Positions 35,811-50,131 of a stretch of DNA of 64,000 nucleotides are shown one piece after another. Position 1 is the stretch's first letter. Each line of letters opens with the position of its first letter. The stretch comes from Okamejei kenojei. Lineage: Eukaryota. Location: positions 29,264,001 to 29,328,000 of the forward strand of contig CM069155.1 in NCBI GenBank assembly GCA_035221665.1, in the 5' to 3' direction. Below the pieces are notes generated by a model, which had not been told where the DNA came from, made no database searches, and worked only from the letters and a program-made list of their open reading frames with translations. The position numbers and the translations under genes were made by a program.

Positions 35811-38800
35811 TCAGTCAAGTCCCTGCGCCGAACCATTGTGACCCTGTAGATATTTAATATAGGGAGACCATATCCCCTTGAAGAGATCTAACCTGTCCAT
35901 AAGGACAAGTCTCAATCTCTCCAAGTGAAGTGTCTCCGTCATTTCTGTATTCCACATTTTAATTGTTGGGGATACAGGGCCTTTCCAAAATTTTAATATT
36001 AATTTTTTCCCAATTATTAAAGAATAGTCGATAAAAGTTCTTTGATTCCTTGTAATTATTTGTTCCGTTTCCGGTATTCCAAGTATGATTAACTTTGGGT
36101 CATGAATCATAGTAATATTAATAACTTTTCGAGACTATCTTAAATATTTCATTCCAATATTCTAGAATCTTCGTACAATTAGTAAATGAATGTGACAAAG
36201 TTGGCTTCTAAGATTTGACATTTATCACATATAGGGTGATAGTTTTGGAAATATATTATGTAATTTAGATTTAGAATAATGTAATCTATGTAAAATTTTA
36301 AACTGTATAAGAGCATGTTTAGCATTTAAAGAACAGTAATGTATATGTTGTAAGCTTTCTTCCCATATTTCTGGACTTATTATTTGACTTAATTCATTTT
36401 CCCCAGCGCTGTCTATGTATTTCCGATGATGGAATATCACTTTCCAACAAAATATTGTAAATGTATGATATCATTTTTTCTGTATTTGGATGTTTATTCA
36501 AGCATTCATCTAAAATTTCACTCTTTCTATTTCTGAGTTCTTGTGTATTTGCAGAGATATAGTTTCTGATTTGTAAATATCTGAAATATTCATTATTATG
36601 AAGCCCGTAGGTTTGTTGTAATTCTTGAAATGAAAGAAAATAATTTTCCTTATAAAGATCCCCTATATTTAAAATTCCTTTATTTTTCCATTGTATAAAA
36701 GCCTTATCCATCATTGACGGTTTAAACGTAAAATTGTTGGCAATTGTAAGACCTAGCGGTATAAATTTTAGTTTTAGTGTTTTCTTTATTTGTTTCCAAA
36801 TACGTATTCCACTTTCTATTATCAAATTTTCACTATAAATTTTCTTAGGTACATTAATATTAGCAAATATTATAGAGCTAATTTCAAATGGAAAACAGTC
36901 TTCTCTTTCCATTTTTAACCAATTTGGTTTATTATCTGTTTCTCCTAACCAAAAATTCATATTTTTAAGATTAACTGCCCAATAATAAAACATAAAATTT
37001 GGTAAAGCTAAACCCCCGTTTATTTTAGCTTTACATAAATGTTTTTTTATTTATTCTATGATTCTTATAATCCCAGATAAAGTTAGTGACTATTGAGTCT
37101 ACTTTTTAAAAAAAAATTTTTAGAGAGATATATCGGGATTGATTGAAATAAATATAATAATTGTGGGAGGAAAATCATTTTTATTGCGTTTATTTTACCT
37201 AACATTGAGATAGGTAAGCTTTTCCAGTATAAGATATTTTTATTTAATTTATTCAATAATAACGGGAAATTAGACTTAAATAAAGAGTCAAATCTTTTTG
37301 TAACAAAAATACCAAGATATTTAATATTTTCATTTGTTATCTTAAAAGGAAATTGTTGTAATATCTGTAAATTATTCATGGTTATTGGCATAAGTTCACT
37401 TTTATTCCAAATGATACTGTATCCTGAAATTAAACCAAATTCCGTTATTAGTTTTAACAAATTACGGATACTTTTTCCGGTTTAGTAATATAAAGTAATA
37501 TATCGTCCGCATATAACGAGATTTTATTCTTAGTATCTTTAGTATCATATCCATATATTTCTGGGTGCAATCTTACCCTTTGAGCAAGAGGTTCGATTGC
37601 TAACGCAAACAGTAATGGTGATAAAGGACAGCCTTGTCTACAACCTCGAGATAAACTAAACTTAGTTGATAACATATGGTTTGTTATTATTCTAGCTGTT
37701 GGGTTTGCATATAATAATTTAATCCAAGTAGTAAACTTATCACCAAGCTTAAAGGCTTCCATCACCGAAAATAGATAAGGCCAATTCTACCTGGTCAAAA
37801 GCTTTTTCTGCATCCAACGAGATGACTACTAAGTCTTTTTTATCACTTCTTTTCGAATATATGATATTAAATAACCGTCTTAGATTATATGAAGAATATC
37901 TTTTAGGTATAAATCCTGTTTGATCAGGATGAATTAATTCGTTAACAATTTTGCTTAATCTTTGTGCAAGAATCTTTGTTAAAATTTTTTGATCCGTATT
38001 TAATAAAGCAATTGCTCTATATGATCCTGGATCATCCAAATCTTTATTATTTTGGGTATAAGTGTTATAATAGATTCATTCAGTGTATCTGGTAATTTCT
38101 CTTGTGTATATATCTGTTCATATAATGATTTTAAATATGGGACCATTTGGTCATGAAAGATTTTATAAAATTCCGAGCCTATACCATCTGGTCCTGGAGT
38201 TTTACCATTTTTTAAAGATTTAATAGATTCTTGGATTTCTTTTATTGAAATATCGGCATTTAATAGTTCTCTATTTTGTAAATCTAATTCTTTTAAGTTA
38301 CATACATTTAAAAAGGCATCTATTTCTGTTTTATTACTGTTGTGTTACCAGTATACAAATTTTTATAATATTGCATAAATCTTCATTAATATCCTTGGGT
38401 TGTATTAATAATTCACCGTTTTGTGATTTAATCCTATGTATAATTTTTTCAGCTTCAATTTTCCTTAATTGTCGAGCCAATAGTTTTTTGTGGTTTGTCT
38501 CCAAATTCAAACAACAATTGTTTAGTATGTTGGTTGTATTTTAAAAACTTGATCAGTATATATTTTTATTTAATTTATACTTCAATGCTACAATTTTATT
38601 ATGTATTATTATATCTGATTTTGTTGCATTCTGTATATCTAATTGTTTAATCTCCCTTTCTAAGTCCTGTTGTTTCCTTCCGAATCTTCTTATTATGGAA
38701 TGCTTGTGAAGAAATCATAATTCCTCGAAGATATGCTTTAAATGTTTCCCATAATAAAGAGCGAGATATTTCTGGTTGATCATTTATTTCAAAAACATCT

Positions 38801-39613
38801 TAATCTGAGTTATAATGTATTCCTGAGTGGTTTTATTTTTTAAAATTTGTGGATTAAGTTTCCATTGTCCTAGATTTTCTGTTTTACCATTTATTTTAAT
38901 TTTAAATGTTAATGGTGCATGATCTGAAATTATAATATTATTATATTTGGATTCGTAAGTAAGTGAAATAAGCTTTGCATCTACCAGGAAGTAATCTATT
39001 CTTGAATAAGTTTTATGTACTGGCGAGTAGAAGGAATATTCTCGACCAGTAGGATTTTCTGTTCTCCAGACATCTTTAATGTTAGTCGTTTGGATGTATG
39101 CGTTTAATAAATCACTAGTATGCGATTTAATTTTCCTTTGTTTTTGAAGATCTATCTAAATAAGGGTCTAATGTACAATTAAAATCTCCTCCAATTATCA
39201 AATTGTAATGTGTTAATTCTGGAATATTATTAAGTACTTTCTTAAAGAATAAAGGACTATCAAAATTTGGTCCATAGATGTTAACAAAAATCACTTTTTC
39301 CCTGTTTATTTCTCCTATTACAATAATGTATCTGCCATCTTTATCAGATATAGTAGATATATGCTTAAATAAAGTACCTTTACGAAATAATATTGCTACG
39401 CCTCTTGATTTATGCGTAAAGGAAGAGTGATATATTTTTATCTATCCATTTAGCTTTCAGCCTATTTTCAGCGTCTTTCTTTAGGTGAGTTTCTTGAATA
39501 TAAATTACATCAGCTTTCATTGCCTTTAAGTGTGTCAATATCTTTCCTCTTTTTATTGGTTCATTGATACCTTTAACATTCCAACTGCAAAAGGTTAATC
39601 CCTCGTTCCCCAT
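35811..39613 (-). pseudogene. L1 ORF2p (APE, RT, Cys-rich tail), multiple frameshifts
   Basis: SWNVKG, IQETH, SYRAIALLN, DQTGF, SLDAEKAFD, RQGCPLSPLLF, LYADD, KYLGI. Confidence 0.92.
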
Positions 39614-40500
39614 ATTTCTTTTTAAATCCTGCATTTTAGTTTGTGGGAATCTAGAATAGGGTCCAAGGGTCCGCGCAGTAGACCTAACCTTACACCCGAA
39701 CACCGAATAGATGAATTTTAGATCTCTTTTATGTACTTCACGAATATACCTCCATTGTTCCAGTGTATAGCTCCATTCAAACTGAAAGATATAGTAAACA
39801 TAAAAGAATAATGAAAAGTAAGTAAAAAGCTTAGTAGAGTGCATAAAGAGTAGAAAAACTACAAATAAAATATTTGTAGTTTGTGAAAGCCAAACTATAT
39901 TGGCTATTAATCTAAAGGCTTCCGGCATTGATGTTATTAATTTAGCCAGCTCCTAATTTTAAGGAATTATTATTCCATGATAATATTTTAACGGGAATAT
40001 AATATTAAAGAAATGAAAGGAGTGATATTAATCATCATAAAAGTATATATATCTAAAATTAGTTTAAAAAAATCTAATTATAAAGCCACAGATAAAGAGT
40101 TTTTTTAAAATACAAAAAATAGAAATCATTATTAAAAAAGGAAAAAAAACATTAAGGGGAGGGTATCTCCAAATGTAACAAGACATAAAATATTAATTAT
40201 TAGTAGTATTAATTAGCAATAGTGAACAGTCTTGGTTAATAACAGTCATAGTAATAATAAAACCGCGTTATAATTTTAGTATGTGTGTTATTTGTTTGTG
40301 TTAGTTATATATTATGAGTAATTGTCAATGTTCGGTGAGCTTCTTCCAATCCGGGAAAACATTTCGTTCCATACGACATTGTCCGTTCCTTCTGATTTCT
40401 TCTAATTCCATATTGTCGTATAAAGTCTCATAGAATGTTAAGAGACCGTACTAGGTCTTTAAAAATAGTAAAAGACAGTATATTTGCTTGTAGATGGTTT

Positions 40501-41596
40501 TCAAGTGTCAAACTGCTTTGCAAATTCCATTGCTTCTGTTGGAGTCTTGAAAAAGTGTTCCACGCTGTTATAAGTAACTCTTAGGATGGCTGGGTAATTC
40601 AGACCGTATCTCAAGTTTTCTACACCCCTCATAAGGTTTTTGGCTTCGTTAAACGCTTTTCGTTTTCTGGCAACCTCTGGGGGATAGTCTCGATAGATAC
40701 TGATTCTTTGTCCTTGAAACATCAGATTCTTTGTTCTCGAGGCTCTCCGCATAATATCCTCGAGAGTGAAATCATATTGTAACTTTACAATGATTTGTCT
40801 TGGGGGGGCGTTTGCACTGGTCTGTCTTCTGCCGACTCGATGTGCACGAGCTAATACAGGCATATCATCCAAAGATAAAAACAGCTTGCAGTAATTTAGC
40901 AGTGAATTCTCGAGTGTCTTCGTGTTTCTCTAGACCTTCAGGAATCCCTGCAATCCTCAAGTTCTGCCTTCTTTGATAGCCTTCTAGCTGCGTGCATTTA
41001 TCTGTTACTTTGGATAACAACTCCAGTAGACGTTCTTGCTCTGTTATCAGCTTTGCTGTAGACACAGTACTAGCCTCCGCTATCTTTTCAAGGTTTTTAA
41101 TGCCATCAACTTGTTGTTCGACCACATTTGCAATAGGGTCAATCTTATTTTTAAAGTCTTTTTTAACATTTTCAAGTTTAGCCTCCATCTTGCGTTCCAT
41201 ATTATTAATCATATCAATGATTTCATTCTTCAATATTTCTGATTCTTTCTTGAACTTATTATCAATTTGTGTCTTTGTATCTTTTTGAAATTCACTCCAT
41301 TGATTTTTCATCAAGTCCATCTGATTATTAATTTGAGAGATTTCTTCCTTTATATCTCCCTTTATTTCTTTCATTTCTTTCTTTATATCTTTCATTTCTG
41401 CCTTGAACTCACGTTTTAAATCAGCCATCTGGTGAGAAATAAAAGTTCTCAAGTCCTCACCTCCTGTGTCTGCTTTCCTGGAGACGTCTTCCAGGGAACT
41501 GGCCCTACTCGAGTCCGAGGCTTCTCCCAGGCCTTCTCCCGCTTTCGCCCGGGTTTTTTCGACCCTTCGTTTTATCGGTAGGCTCCGTGCCGTCAT
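40501..41596 (-). CDS. L1 ORF1p (coiled coil, RRM, CTD), one frameshift near 40870
   Basis: LEGYQRRQNLRIAGIPEG, ARAHR, PRQIIVKL, ISIYRDYPPEVARKRKAF, YPAILRV. Confidence 0.88.
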
Positions 41597-42385
41597 GATT
41601 TGTCGCAGGGGCTGATGACGTCAGCCGGTACCGTCGATGTTGAAGCGGCAGACAGTGAAAGCAGGCGATCGTTAAGTTCTTTTAAATCCGTTTTTAAATC
41701 CCCGTTTTTTCAAAATTTTTGCGGAGCTGGCTGGCGCTATGCTTTAAGGCTCCATAGCGCCACCGGAAGTCTCACCCTCATTTAGATCCTTTCTCTGTTT
41801 CTCTCCATCACTCTTTGCAATTCTGTTTGTTGGCTTCATGCACCATGAAAGAGAGATTACCCCGATGCACAGCCGAAGACCATTTGGGCAGCAATTTGCT
41901 GAAACTTGTGGACTATTCACAAGGTTGAGCCAAACAAAAATAGCAGAGGTTTCTGTAATCTTTGCTATTATTTCTATTCAGTTATTTCTCAGGGCAACGA
42001 AAATTTACTTTTAAATAGTTTAAAAGTATATAAATATTTGTATGTCTGTGCACCTACTTCCTTGTGGCTCTCAGATGGTGCAATTATTTACAATTCGCTA
42101 CCTATGTATCACCCCTATTAAAACGAAACGACAACCAGCACTACATTAAAATAAATGTATCAGTCACCACTCTGTGCTTATGTTTTCAGAATAACGCCAG
42201 TTCTCCTCACTGCATATATATTTGAAATGTCAGGACCTCTGTAAGTGGTGTAATTGTGCCCTGAACTTCCACGATTTTGACACATATCGAAAAGGTCGGA
42301 GTACCGAATAATGAATTTGCAGAAAAAAATAGATACTTCTCTCATACAGAATAACAAACTAATACTGTCGTTTTACAAAATGTGT

Positions 42386-42792
42386 AGGAAGACAACAGTC
42401 AGTGCTGGTTTATACGGAAGATAGATATATAAAGCTGGAATAACTAAGTGGGCCAGGCAGCACCTCTGGAGCAAAATAATAGGTGACATTTCAGGGAGGG
42501 GGTGGGGGAGACTATAGGCAAGAAAAGGCCAGAATAAAAATAAAGGCAGGTAACAGTTATCCTCAGGAAGGATGGAGCCAAAATGGCCCATTGTTGTGTG
42601 GGGAAGGAGTGATAACGAGCGGGATACAAGGATGCGAACAGTGGAACTGGTAGGATGACGTGGATGGGGGGAGTGGGGTAGGGGGGTTATTAAGGGGGGG
42701 ATAAAGCAGTTACTAGAAATTAAGGACATTAATGTTCATGCCGCTGAGTTGTAAGCTGCCCAAGCGAAATATGAGGTGCTGTTATTCCAATG
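42386..42792 (-). mobile_element. Penelope-like element: GIY-YIG endonuclease C-terminus plus terminal region
   Basis: Reverse complement of ~42715-42790 reads LE*QHLIFRLGSLQLSGMNI..NF*, matching the PLE GIY-YIG end (E..I..L.T..P.G.N); followed by the terminal repeat seen elsewhere in the window. Confidence 0.7.
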
Positions 42793-43019
42793 TTGGGTAT
42801 GTATGTTATCACGTCTTCCTCCCCTGCCACTTTCAAATGCTCTATCCCTTACTACCAATTCCTCTGTCGCCGCTGCTGTTTCTCCCAATATGAGATGTTC
42901 CAGACTAGAACATCGGAGATGTCCTAATTCTTTAGGGAACTAGAGTTCCATCCTTTCATCATAAATTCGACCATCACACGTGTCACCTTTGTATCGAGCT
43001 GTTCCGCACTTGTTCCCAA

Positions 43020-44476
43020 GCCCCACTTTTTAAGAAAGGCGGGAGAGAGAAAACAGGAAATTATAGACCAGTTAGCTTGATATCGGTGGTGAGGAAGATG
43101 CTGGAGTCAATTATAAAAAATAAAATACCGCTCATTTGGATAACACTAACAGGATCAGTCCGAGTCAGCATGGATTTATGAAGGGGAAATCATGCTTGAC
43201 TAATCTTCTGGAATTTTTTGAGGATGTAACTCGGAAAATGGACCAGTGGATGTAGTGTACCTGGACATTCAGAAAGCATTTGACAAGGTCCCACATAGGA
43301 GATTAGTTGGCAAAATGAGGGCACATGGTATTGGGCGTAGAGTGCTGACATGGATAAAAAATTGGTTGGCAGACAGGATAACAAAGAGTAGGGATTAACG
43401 GGTTCCTTTCAGAATGGCTTGCATTGTTTATTGGGGTACTGCAATGCTTAGTGCCGGGACCTCAGCTATTTACAATATACATCAATGATTTGGATGAAGG
43501 AATTCAAAGTAACAGTAGCAAATTTGCAGATGACACAAAGCTGTGTGGATTGTGTGAACTGTGAGGACGATGCTATTAGAATGCAGGGTGACTTTGACAG
43601 GTTGGGGGAGTGGGCAGATGCATGGCAGATGAAGTTTAATGTGGATAAATGTGAGGTTATCCACTTTGGTATAAAAAACAAGAAGGCAGATTACTATCTA
43701 AATGGCGTCAGCTGTACTTTATTTCCCAAGGGGAAGTACAACGGGATCTGGGGGTCCTTGTAGATCAGTCTATGAAAGTAAGCATGCAGGTACAGCAGAC
43801 AGTGAAGAAAGTGAATGGCATGTTGGCATTTATAACGAGCGGAGTCGAGTATAGGAGCAAATAGGTCCTTCTGCAGTTGTACAGAACCCTAGTGAGACCA
43901 CATCTGGAGTATTGTGTGCAGTTTTGGTCCCCTAATTTGAGGAAGGACATGCTTGCTATTGAGGGAGTGCAGCGTAGGTTTACAAGGTTCATTCCTGGGA
44001 TGGCTGGACTGTCATATGCTGAGAGAATGGACCAGCTGGGCTTGTACACTCTGGAGTTTAGAAGGATGAGAGGATTATATTTTTGAAAACGAATAAGATT
44101 GTTAAGGGTTTGGACACGTTAGTGGCAGGAAACTTGTTCCCGATTGTCGGGGGAGTCCAGAACCAAGGGCCACAGTTTAAGTATAAGGGGTAAGCCATTT
44201 AGAACGGAGACGAGGAAAACACTTTTTTTGACCGAGAGTTGTGAGTCTGTGGAATTGTCTGCCTCAGGGGGCGGTGGAGGCCAGTTCTCTGCATACTTTC
44301 AAGAGAGAGCTAGAAATGGCTCTTAAAGATAGCGGAGTCAGGGGATATGGGGAGAAGGCAGGAACGGGGCACTGATTGGGGATGATCAGCCATGATCACA
44401 TTGAATGGTGGTGCTGGCTCAGAGGGACGAATGGCCTACTCCTGCACCTATTGTCTATTGTCTATTGCCTATTGTC
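43020..44476 (+). mobile_element. 5'-truncated CR1 ((CTATTGT)n subfamily)
   Basis: RT fragments (QHGF, KFADD, RPHLEYCVQFW) and tail ctattgtctattgtctattg. Confidence 0.9.
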
Positions 44477-44650
44477 AGTCGCAACAGGGACAGTCATTCA
44501 TCCTCCGAAATTTTCATTACCTCCAAAGGGATCCCATCATTAGTCACATCATCCCATCTCCACGGTGACCATTCCCTCTGCAACTTTGGTTCATTCATCA
44601 TTTCCCACCAAACCGCCCTCTCCCCTGGGTCTTTCCCTTGCAACTGCAGG
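44477..44650 (+). mobile_element. Penelope-like RT-endonuclease linker fragment
   Basis: ILRNFHYLQRDP..SHI.PSP..DHSL..LVHSS..G.FPCNCR, resembling the Cys-containing linker of Neptune-type PLEs. Confidence 0.55.
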
Positions 44651-45920
44651 TCAATGAATTGGCCTCCACTGCCATATGTGATGAGCGCTTGAAAGCACTG
44701 GGCATGAATTCGCAGGAGTTTAGAAGGATGAAGGGAGACCTCATTGAAACATACCGAATTGTGAAAGGCTTGTATAGAGTAAACGTGGAGAGTTTTCCAC
44801 TAGTGGGAGAGTCAGGTGCCAGTGGCCATAGACTCAGCATTAAAGGACGTATCTTTAGAAAAGGAGATGAGGAGGATTTTTATAGTCAGAGGGTGTTGCC
44901 ATAGATGGTCGTGGATATTTTTTAACATAGAAACATAGAAAATAGGTGCAGGAGTTGGCCATTCGGCCTTTTGAGCCAGCAGCACCATTCAATATGATCA
45001 TGCCTGATGATCCACAATCAGTACTCCGTTCCTGCATTTCCCCCCATATCCCTTGATTGCTTTAGTCCTAAGAGCTATATCTAACACTCTTGAAAAACAT
45101 CCAATGAATTGGCCTCCACTGCCTTCTGTGGCAGAGCATTGCACAGATTCACAACTCTCTGGGTGAAAATGATTTTCCTCATCTCAGTCCTAAATGGACT
45201 ACCCCTTATTCATAATCTTTGACCCCTTGGTTCCGGACACCCCCAACATCGGGAAAAAATGTTTGCACCTAGCCTGTCCAATCACTTAAGAATTATGGGA
45301 TATATGTTTCTATAAGATACCCTCATCCTTCTAATTTTCAGTGAATACAAGTCCAGTCATCCCATTCTTTCACCATATGTCAGTCCGCCATCCCGGGAAT
45401 TAACCTGGTGAACTTTATGCTGCATTCTTCTCAATAGTAACATGTCCTTCCTCAAATTAGGAGACCAAAACTTCACACAATTCTCCGGGTGTGGTCTCAT
45501 CAAGGCCCTGTATAGCTGCTGTAGGACCTCCTTGCTCCTATACCCAAATCATTCACGCTATGAAGGCCAACATGCCATTTCCTTTCTTCACTGCCTGCTG
45601 TACCTGCATGCTTACATTCAGTGACTGAGGTACAAGGACATCCAGGCCTCGCTGCACCTCACCTTTTCCTAATCTGACACAATTCAGATAATAATCTGCC
45701 TTCTTGTTCTTGCCACCAAAGTGGATAACCTCACATTTATCCACATTATACTGCATTTGCCTTGCATTTGCCCACTCACCCAACCTATCCAAGTCACCCT
45801 ATAGCCCCATACCATCCTTCTCGCAGCTCACACTGCCATCCAGCTTTGTGTCATCTGCAAACTTGGAGATGTTTCCTTTTAAATCCCATATCTAGATCGT
45901 TAATATATATTGTAAATAGC
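44651..45920. mobile_element. CR1 fragments: plus-strand piece (~44670-44924) abutting a minus-strand 3' kilobase (44925-45920)
   Basis: ORF 44638..44904 (EFRRMKGDLIETY); acatagaaacatagaa tail at 44925; ORF 45553..45792. Confidence 0.85.
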
Positions 45921-46440
45921 TTTATTATAGGAAAAATATGAGAAAATATTCATAAAGCAGTAAATCTCTTGCCATTTCTGCTCATTAAGCCTGAACTGAT
46001 ATAGACAGCGATTTAATAATAATAGTCACATGAATTTCTGCCCTTCCAGATTCCTGTTAGCGATGGAATTGTCTGGAGAATTCGAAAATCCTGGCACCTT
46101 TCGGGATCATGATCTAATGTGAAATCTTTCTCTCTCTCTCATGAAGGTGAGTTTTGTGAGCTGGATCGAAACATTAATTTATACAATCAATAAATCTGCC
46201 CTCGAAACAAAAGTAAACTGTTTTAAAACTAGTTGTTTTTCTTTATACTCAAGTAACAGCGAGCTATTTATTAAATCAGAGGCTGAGCTAGTCTCGGATG
46301 TCTCTAAGAATGAAATTGAGATATCCCAATATACATCTGTAATGCAGTGGGGTCAACACTGTTTTATTAGTACACCATGTCACTTTCTTGACTGTTAAAG
46401 ATTAAACAATCCTTCATCAATGCACTCAGCTTGATTTTTG

Positions 46441-47578
46441 ACATGGTATTGATATGGATAGAGAATTGGTTGCGAGACAGGAAACAAAGAGTAGGAATAT
46501 AACGGGGGTCCCTGTCAGTATGGCTGGCTGTGGCGAGTGGATTTGCCGCAAAGCTCGGTGCTGGGCCGCAACTATTTACAATAAATATTAATGATTAAGT
46601 TGATGGGAATTAAATGTGGACACTAGCAAATTTGCAGATGACACAAAGTTGGGTGGCAGTGTGAATTGCGAAGAGGATGCTAGGAGGTTGCAGGATGACT
46701 TGGACAGGTTGAGTGAGTGGGCCAGATGCATGGAAGACGCAGTATAATGTTGATAAATGTGAGTTCATCCACATCGGTGGCAAGAACTCGGAGGCAGATT
46801 TTATCTCAATGGTGTCAGATTAGGAAAAATGGAAGTGCAGCGAGACCTGGGTGTCTAGGTGTACACCAGTTACTGAAAGACAATATACAGGTACAGCAGG
46901 CAGTGAAGAAAGCTAATGGCATGTTGGCCTTCCCCGTAACGAGGGATTTGAGTTTTAGAAGTAAAAGAGGTCCTTCTGCAGTTGTACAGGCCCTGGTGAG
47001 ACCACATCTGGAGAATTGCATGGAGTTTGGACTCCTCATTTGAAGAAGGACATCCTTGTGATTGAGGCAGTGCAGCGTAGGGTCAAGATGGCGGGACTCG
47101 TCATATGAGGAAAGATAGGAAAGACTGGGCTTGTATTCACTGGAATTTTAGAAGGATGAGAGGAAAAAATCTTATAGAAACGTATACAATTATAAAATTG
47201 ACTGGATAAGACTAGTCACAGAAAAAACTGTTCCCACAATGATGGGGAAGTCCAGAAACCAGAAGCCACAGTCTAAGAATTGAACGGGGAGGCAAATTAA
47301 AACTGCGATGAGAAAAAAATTTTCACTCAGAGAGTTGTGAATTTGTGGAATACTCCGTCAACAGATGGCAGTAAAGGCCAATTCACACTGATTAATTTTA
47401 AAAGAGTTCCATGATCAGAGCTTTTGGGGGGCTGGCAGAATCAAGGGATATGGGGCAGAAGGCAGGCAAGAGTTACTGGATTTGTGGATGATCAGCTATG
47501 ATCACAGTGAATGCCCGTGGTGCAGGCTCGAAGGGCCAAATGGCCTCCTTCTACACTGATAATTTTCTATGTTTCTAT
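46441..47578 (+). mobile_element. 5'-truncated CR1, indel-rich
   Basis: KFADDTKLGG, QQAVKKANGML; tail tttctatgtttct. Confidence 0.85.
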
Positions 47579-47734
47579 CTCATCGCCACATCTAATTTGT
47601 TCAATGTTATTAATTTGTAGGATGATTGCGTCTCTGAGAATGCAGTTTTTATTGCCGATCGAAAAGTGGGAACACTGAGACACAAGGCAAATGCGGATAC
47701 TGGAATCATGATAAAACATAAAGTGCTGGAGAGT

Positions 47735-48630
47735 AACACGGGATATGCCTCAGGGCTCCAAGTGCTGGGCACATTAATGTTTGTCATTTATATAAATTAG
47801 CATAATCATACGGTAAGATTAGAAAATTTGCAGATGATACCCAAAACGTGGGAGGTTTTGCAGATAGTGGAGATGGGTTGTGAAAATGTGCTGCAGGATC
47901 TTGATTCAATTGGCCAGGTAGGCTGAGGAATAGTTGATGGCATTTAATGTAGAGAATGTGACAGTATTTCCTGGGATTTCAAGGAGTGGTCAAAAAGGCT
48001 TTTGCTCATTGTCCTTCATCAAGCCAGAGTAATTAGTATAGAAGTTGGGTGGAGGCCTTGTTGCAGAGGTATAAGACTGTTATAGTGACGCCGCCTTCAT
48101 TTAGTGTATTGTGTTCAATCTGGGATTTCAACAAGCTGGAAAGGAGTACAGAGAAGATTTACGAGGATTCTTGCCAGGACGAGAGGGTCTGGGCCATAGG
48201 GAGAGGTTGAGTTAGGCCTGGGACTCTATTCCTTGAAGCGCAGGAAGACGAGGGAAATTCTTATAGAGGTGTATAGGGTCATGAGATGAATAGATCGGGT
48301 AGATGATCAGTCGATGCTCTGTCTCTTGCCCAGAGTAGGTGAATCGAGGACAGGTTTATGGTGACGGAGCAAAGGTTTAATAGGAATCTGAGGGGTAACT
48401 TTTCTCAGAGAGGGGTGGTGGGGGGGGGTATGGAACAAGCAGCCAGAGGAGGTAGTTGTGCCAGGGACTTATCCCAATGTTTAAGAAACAGTTAGACAGG
48501 TACATGAATATGACAGATTTGGAGGGGATATGGACTTCAAAACACGGGCAGCTGTGACTACTGTAGATAAGACATGTTGGACCGATGTGGCAACATAAGT
48601 TGGGCCGAAGGGCTGTTAACTTTCTCTATG
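47735..48630 (+). mobile_element. Older CR1 fragment, preceded by a Penelope-like scrap at 47677-47740
   Basis: cctcagggctc..gtgctggg, aaaatttgcagatgatac, gggccgaagggc 3' end. Confidence 0.65.
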
Positions 48631-50131
48631 ACTCCTCATTTTGATCTATGGCTCGGCATCATGTAGCATCTGAGGCAACGGATCGGCATTGGGAGAGGTA
48701 ATAATGAACAGACCATGTGCTGCAGCCAGCAATGCAATCTTTTGCGTGTCCTAGTTCATTTTCATCACGTATTGCAAGTTGCAAATGTTGAAAACGCTGC
48801 AGTAGTGAGGGGAGGGAAGCGAACTGAGAGCGGCTCCCCTGGAGATGGAGATAACTTGCTTTTCGTGTACAGTGATATGCCTACATTTCAGATGTGGCGT
48901 ATGAGCGCCAATTGCAGCTCATTCTGTAGATGGTATACAAATTGTAGTCACTTGCTCAGTTTAATTTGGAGACAATACATTATCTGCGCCCAAACCAGGA
49001 AACCCCACCCCCTACCCACTGCCTCAACAGTCCCCGTACATTAACACTATTTCTTACACACTTTAAGGGACAATATATAATTTTACCAAGCCAATGAACC
49101 TACCAATCTGTCTTTGTAGTGTGGGAGGACAACCGGAGCTTCCTGGGAAATCCCAGGCAGGTCAAGATGGGAAAACGTATGGTGAAAGGATGACGGTTAA
49201 AATTAATGGATGGCTGACCAGTCACGTGCACTATACTCAAACTAATCTCGTTTAATGACAATTTAAAGGAAATTGTTAATGATAATTCTATTTTTCTCAC
49301 CCACGCTATTTCCAGAAAAACCGCTCTTCGCGTTTCTCACTTGTCAGTTTTGCCAGAGATAGCTGGGAGGTGCCCGTATTCTATTCACACTCCTTTAATT
49401 GAATATGGACGTGCTGTGTGTAAAGTTGCTGTCGTCCTGCAGTGCTACTAAGTCGAAGAACTCTGGAAGTGTCGGTGAGAGCCAATATGAACCCTTTTAC
49501 TTCATTCATATATGCATTAATTTTGTACAGGTAACCTTTCCACTTTGAGTCGTGGCAAGTGTTGCGATTTACTACGCATTACAATATAGAGTATCACACA
49601 GACCACATTTCCAATCACGACATAACACATCGGGTGGTCAAAATTGCCTCAAAACTGCAACTTTACTGACATTTGTTGTGATGTTCTGCCCGCTCAGGTC
49701 CTTTTTAAAATTATATCTATACACAATAGAAGGGGTTTATGATTTCTAAAACTTACAAAGATTATCTAAATATAGATATAAAGTGATATTTAATAAAACA
49801 TTGCTGAGGAGTGACTGTCATCATATTAGATTCAGCGATTTTCAGTTGGACCGTTTAGAATAAAACATTTCTATTCCGTTTTCATTGGTGATTAAAGAAT
49901 TACCGAATATAATATTTAAAACTTGCAGACAATTCTGTTTAAATAATATATGCGTTGGGTCATCCACAGAAATTATAGTTTGTTTGTTTGGATAAAGAAG
50001 GGGCAACTGTGACAATCCTTTTCATTCTGCTCTTTGTATGAGAATGCATGAAGCTTTTTAGAAATACAAGCTCTAAAATAAGACCTGCATGTTTCACAGT
50101 GGCGAATGTTTTGAGGAAAATCTGGCAATTT

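Larger units (their letters stand above)
35146..41771 (-). mobile_element. Full-length L1-clade LINE (~6.6 kb)
   Basis: 5' end GACTTCCGGTGGCGC, ORF1, ~0.9-kb spacer, ORF2, AT-rich 3' UTR, A-rich tail; TSD (TC)TCACCCTCATTTA at 35131-35145 and 41770-41784. Confidence 0.95.

Noticed and set aside
50094-50125. CACAGTG upstream of the V gene as a possible RSS
   Set aside because: No nonamer at 12 or 23 bp and wrong position; other CACAGTG/CACTGTG hits (e.g. 2104, 3242, 6353, 23402) also lack nonamers.
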